Shown one piece after another: positions 61,351 to 64,000 of a stretch of DNA of 64,000 bases (position 1 is its first letter; each line of letters opens with the position of its first letter). The stretch is taken from assembly GCA_951406725.2 (NCBI GenBank), contig OX597817.1, positions 48,918,001 to 48,982,000 on the forward strand. Reading direction: 5' to 3'. The position numbers and the translations under genes were made by a program. The notes beneath the pieces are model-generated. The model was not told the origin of the DNA and did no database searches. It saw only the letters and a list, made by a program, of their open reading frames with translations. Source of the stretch: Octopus vulgaris (lineage: Eukaryota).

Positions 61351-61575
61351 ATTTAAAAGAAAAAATTGATGTTTTTTTTTCTCTTATGAGGTTTTTCACG
61401 CTAACTACTTGGTAAATTCTTATGAAGATTTTATTCTATTTTTATAATGTTATTCATGTAGATGAGCAGAGAGAGAGAGAGAGAGAAGGAGAAAGAGAGA
61501 AGGAGTGAGAATGGTGTGAATAACCGAACGAGACCATTACATTGTAACTAAATGTTTTGAAAAAGCAACAAATTT

Positions 61576-62443
61576 GGCGATCTTTCGTTTGTAGTAGCAC
61601 GTTTCCGTCGATGATTTCCGTAAAAAACTTTTATTTTTTTACATATGGGTTTGCGGGAACATTTGAAGTAATGAGAGCGAAAGAGACTAAGAGGAAGCGA
61701 TTTTATGACGAGGGAATTTGTTTTGAAGTTACCGAAGCATTGATGTACATGTGTGTGTGTGTATGTTTGATGGGGTGTGGGAGACAGACAGTATGTTGTG
61801 TAAGTGAAGTGCTTCTGTTAGTGTGTGTGAAGAGACAGAGAGAGTAATGTGTGAAAGAGAGAGATAACTGAAATTTTTTACTCGGTGGATGTGTATATGT
61901 ATGTCTGAATGTATGTGTGTGTGTATGTGTGTAAGTATGTGTGTGTGTATGTATGTATGTATGTATGGCCGATTCAGTGTACACTGAATCGGCCATACAT
62001 ACATACATACACACATACACACATACAGATACATACACACATACACACACACACACATACATACACACACACATACATAGATACATACACACACACACAC
62101 ATACATGCATACATACATACATATACACATACACCGAGTAAAAAATTTCAGTTATCTCTCTCTTTCACACATTACTCTCTCTGTCTCTTCACACACACTA
62201 ACAGAAGCACTTCACTTACACAACATACTGTCTGTCTCCCACACCCCATCAAACATACACACACACACATGTACATCAAAGCTTCGATAACTTCAAAACA
62301 AATTCCCTCGTCATAAAATCGCTTCCTCTTAGTCTCTTTCGCTCTCATTACTTCAAATGTTCCCGCAAACCCATATGTAAAAAAATAAAAGTTTTTTACG
62401 GAAATCATCGACGGAAACGTGCTACTACAAACGAAAGATCCCC
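61576..62443. mobile_element. Fully palindromic fold-back element (868 bp) with 8-bp TSD
   Basis: Ends GGCGATCTTTCGTTT / AAACGAAAGATCCCC; TSD acaaattt at 61568-61575 and 62444-62451; zero-spacer centre GATTCAGTGT|ACACTGAATC at 61980/61981. Confidence 0.9.
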
Positions 62444-63344
62444 ACAAATTTTCTTTCAGACCACACCTTTCTGTCATATAATACTCCTTATTCACCATAT
62501 GCCTGTATGTGTGTGTGTGTATGTGTGTGTGCATGTGTATCTGCATTTTTGTTAGTTAGTGTATACGAACAAGCAATTGTTCGTCAACTTTTCGGCGACG
62601 GCCGTCTAAGATCAGTTCATGAATTTTCGTGATGTTTTCATTCGCGGTCGCCCTGAACGAGGTAGAAATAACACACAGAGGAACAAACGTGTACACACAC
62701 ACACACACACAGAGGAACAAGCGCGCGCACACACACACACGCACGCGCAACCCATTAGCTTTCTCTTCCCAACTGACAAGTGACAAAACAACATGTGGTC
62801 ACGGAAATCACCGAATTCATTGCTTACATTATTTCGAGTCAAAACGAAAGATCGCCACTAATTTTAATCGACTCCGAAAGGATGAAATGCAAAGGTGACC
62901 TTGGCGGTTAGGGTTACTATTAAATAGCAGATATCAACAACAGTAATCGAGACACTGCAAACTGCTAAGTGTCTCCTAATTGTCAAATGTGCTAAGCAGA
63001 GCATGTGTTGAGTGATAATGAACGACCCATCGGTGAAGTGGAAATTACAAAGTGCCCACATAATAAGCCTAAGAAAAGAAAAATACTGCGTAAAAGCGAC
63101 CTAAAAAAACATATGGACGGGTGTAAACGATTGGGAAGTATATCAGAATGATAGCAGGTCATTTGAGACGGAAAGATATATGTTTGACAAGTTTGACAGG
63201 TCAGGTTTCAACATATTGAGCTGAGAGCTAGTTTAAGTAAATATATTTTTAATCAATCACATGTAATGGGAATGTAATACTTGTAGATGTACTCATCTTT
63301 CGATTGTAGGCTATGTTAATCAATTGTAACGCTCTTACTCCACA

Positions 63345-63780
63345 CATCACAGCATCATTTAACGTCCATTTTCCCCTACTTGCATGGGTCCGAGGGAGTT
63401 TATTTGTGGCAGGTTTTGTACGATCGCATGCCTCTCTTGTCGCCAATCCTCACCTGTTTGCAAGCTAAGTAATATTTCTCCAGTTTCCACGACCAGACAT
63501 GTTTTCGCAGAATACTGGAAATGAATAATACTATGCGTATGACAGTGACGCTTATGTACAACTATCACGTGATTTCAAGACAAGCGCATACACACATACA
63601 AACACACACACATGTATACAATGAGCTTCTTTTAGTTTCCGTCTATCAAATCCACTCACAAGGCTTGGTCGGCCTGAAGTTATCGTAAAAAACGCTTGCC
63701 CAAGGTAGCAAGCAGTTGGAACTGAACCTGGAACCATGTTGTTAGGCAGCAATCTTCTTATCACACAGCCACGCTACGCC
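63345..63780 (-). mobile_element. SINE B variant with alternative tail
   Basis: GGCGTAGCGTGGCTGTGTG head, CCTTGGGCAAG core; tail ends GGACGTTAAATGATG. Confidence 0.75.
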
Positions 63781-64000
63781 TCTTCTATAAAATACTACTC
63801 GTGTAAGCGTATAGAACACTAAGTGTTAACGTCAACTACCAAACATACGACGGTACACAAGAATGTCATTCGATTACGGTCAGACTGGCTCAGTTAAAAG
63901 TACGAAAGAAGGGCCAGTAAAAGAATCAATTTCTTGTTGTAGAGGAGCTACATGGCTACTCAAATTATAAGTGTGGGTGGAAGTGAGAGCATTGAATCTG

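Overview
AT-rich, repeat-saturated eukaryotic DNA, very probably from an Octopus genome. That assignment is inferred from the tRNA-derived SINE families with Deu/Nin-, CORE- and Meta-like central domains and from the abundant (TA)n/(CA)n/(ATGY)n microsatellites. The only host gene I can support is the 3' end of a minus-strand SLCO/OATP organic anion transporter (three exons at 57664-57498, 54338-54274 and 53351-53068, with consistent splice phases). Almost all ORFs in the supplied track are artefacts of SINEs or microsatellites. The rest of the window is decayed mobile DNA: Tc1/mariner/IS630, Helitron/Helentron, hAT, GG-ended MITEs with 8-bp TSDs, RTE, gypsy and Penelope-like pieces. The most interesting locus is 38.6-42.0 kb. 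It is a ~492-bp non-coding repeat, present in inverted and tandem copies, with three intact minimal type-I hammerhead ribozymes (retrozyme / Penelope pLTR-like, a potential circRNA source). A complete 1.66-kb ORF1-only (HAL1-like, Tx1-type zinc knuckle) retroposon has inserted into it with a 17-bp TSD, exactly at an Inr-like motif. That retroposon, three other short insertions and the youngest SINE subfamily share one 3' signal (TGTnnTGTCnnnTCTATRT - hairpin - AATAAAGAAATA) whose hairpin is conserved in structure but not in sequence. This suggests a set of non-autonomous passengers of one unseen LINE. Coordinates of decayed repeats are approximate; TSD-, splice- and ribozyme-defined coordinates were counted by hand.
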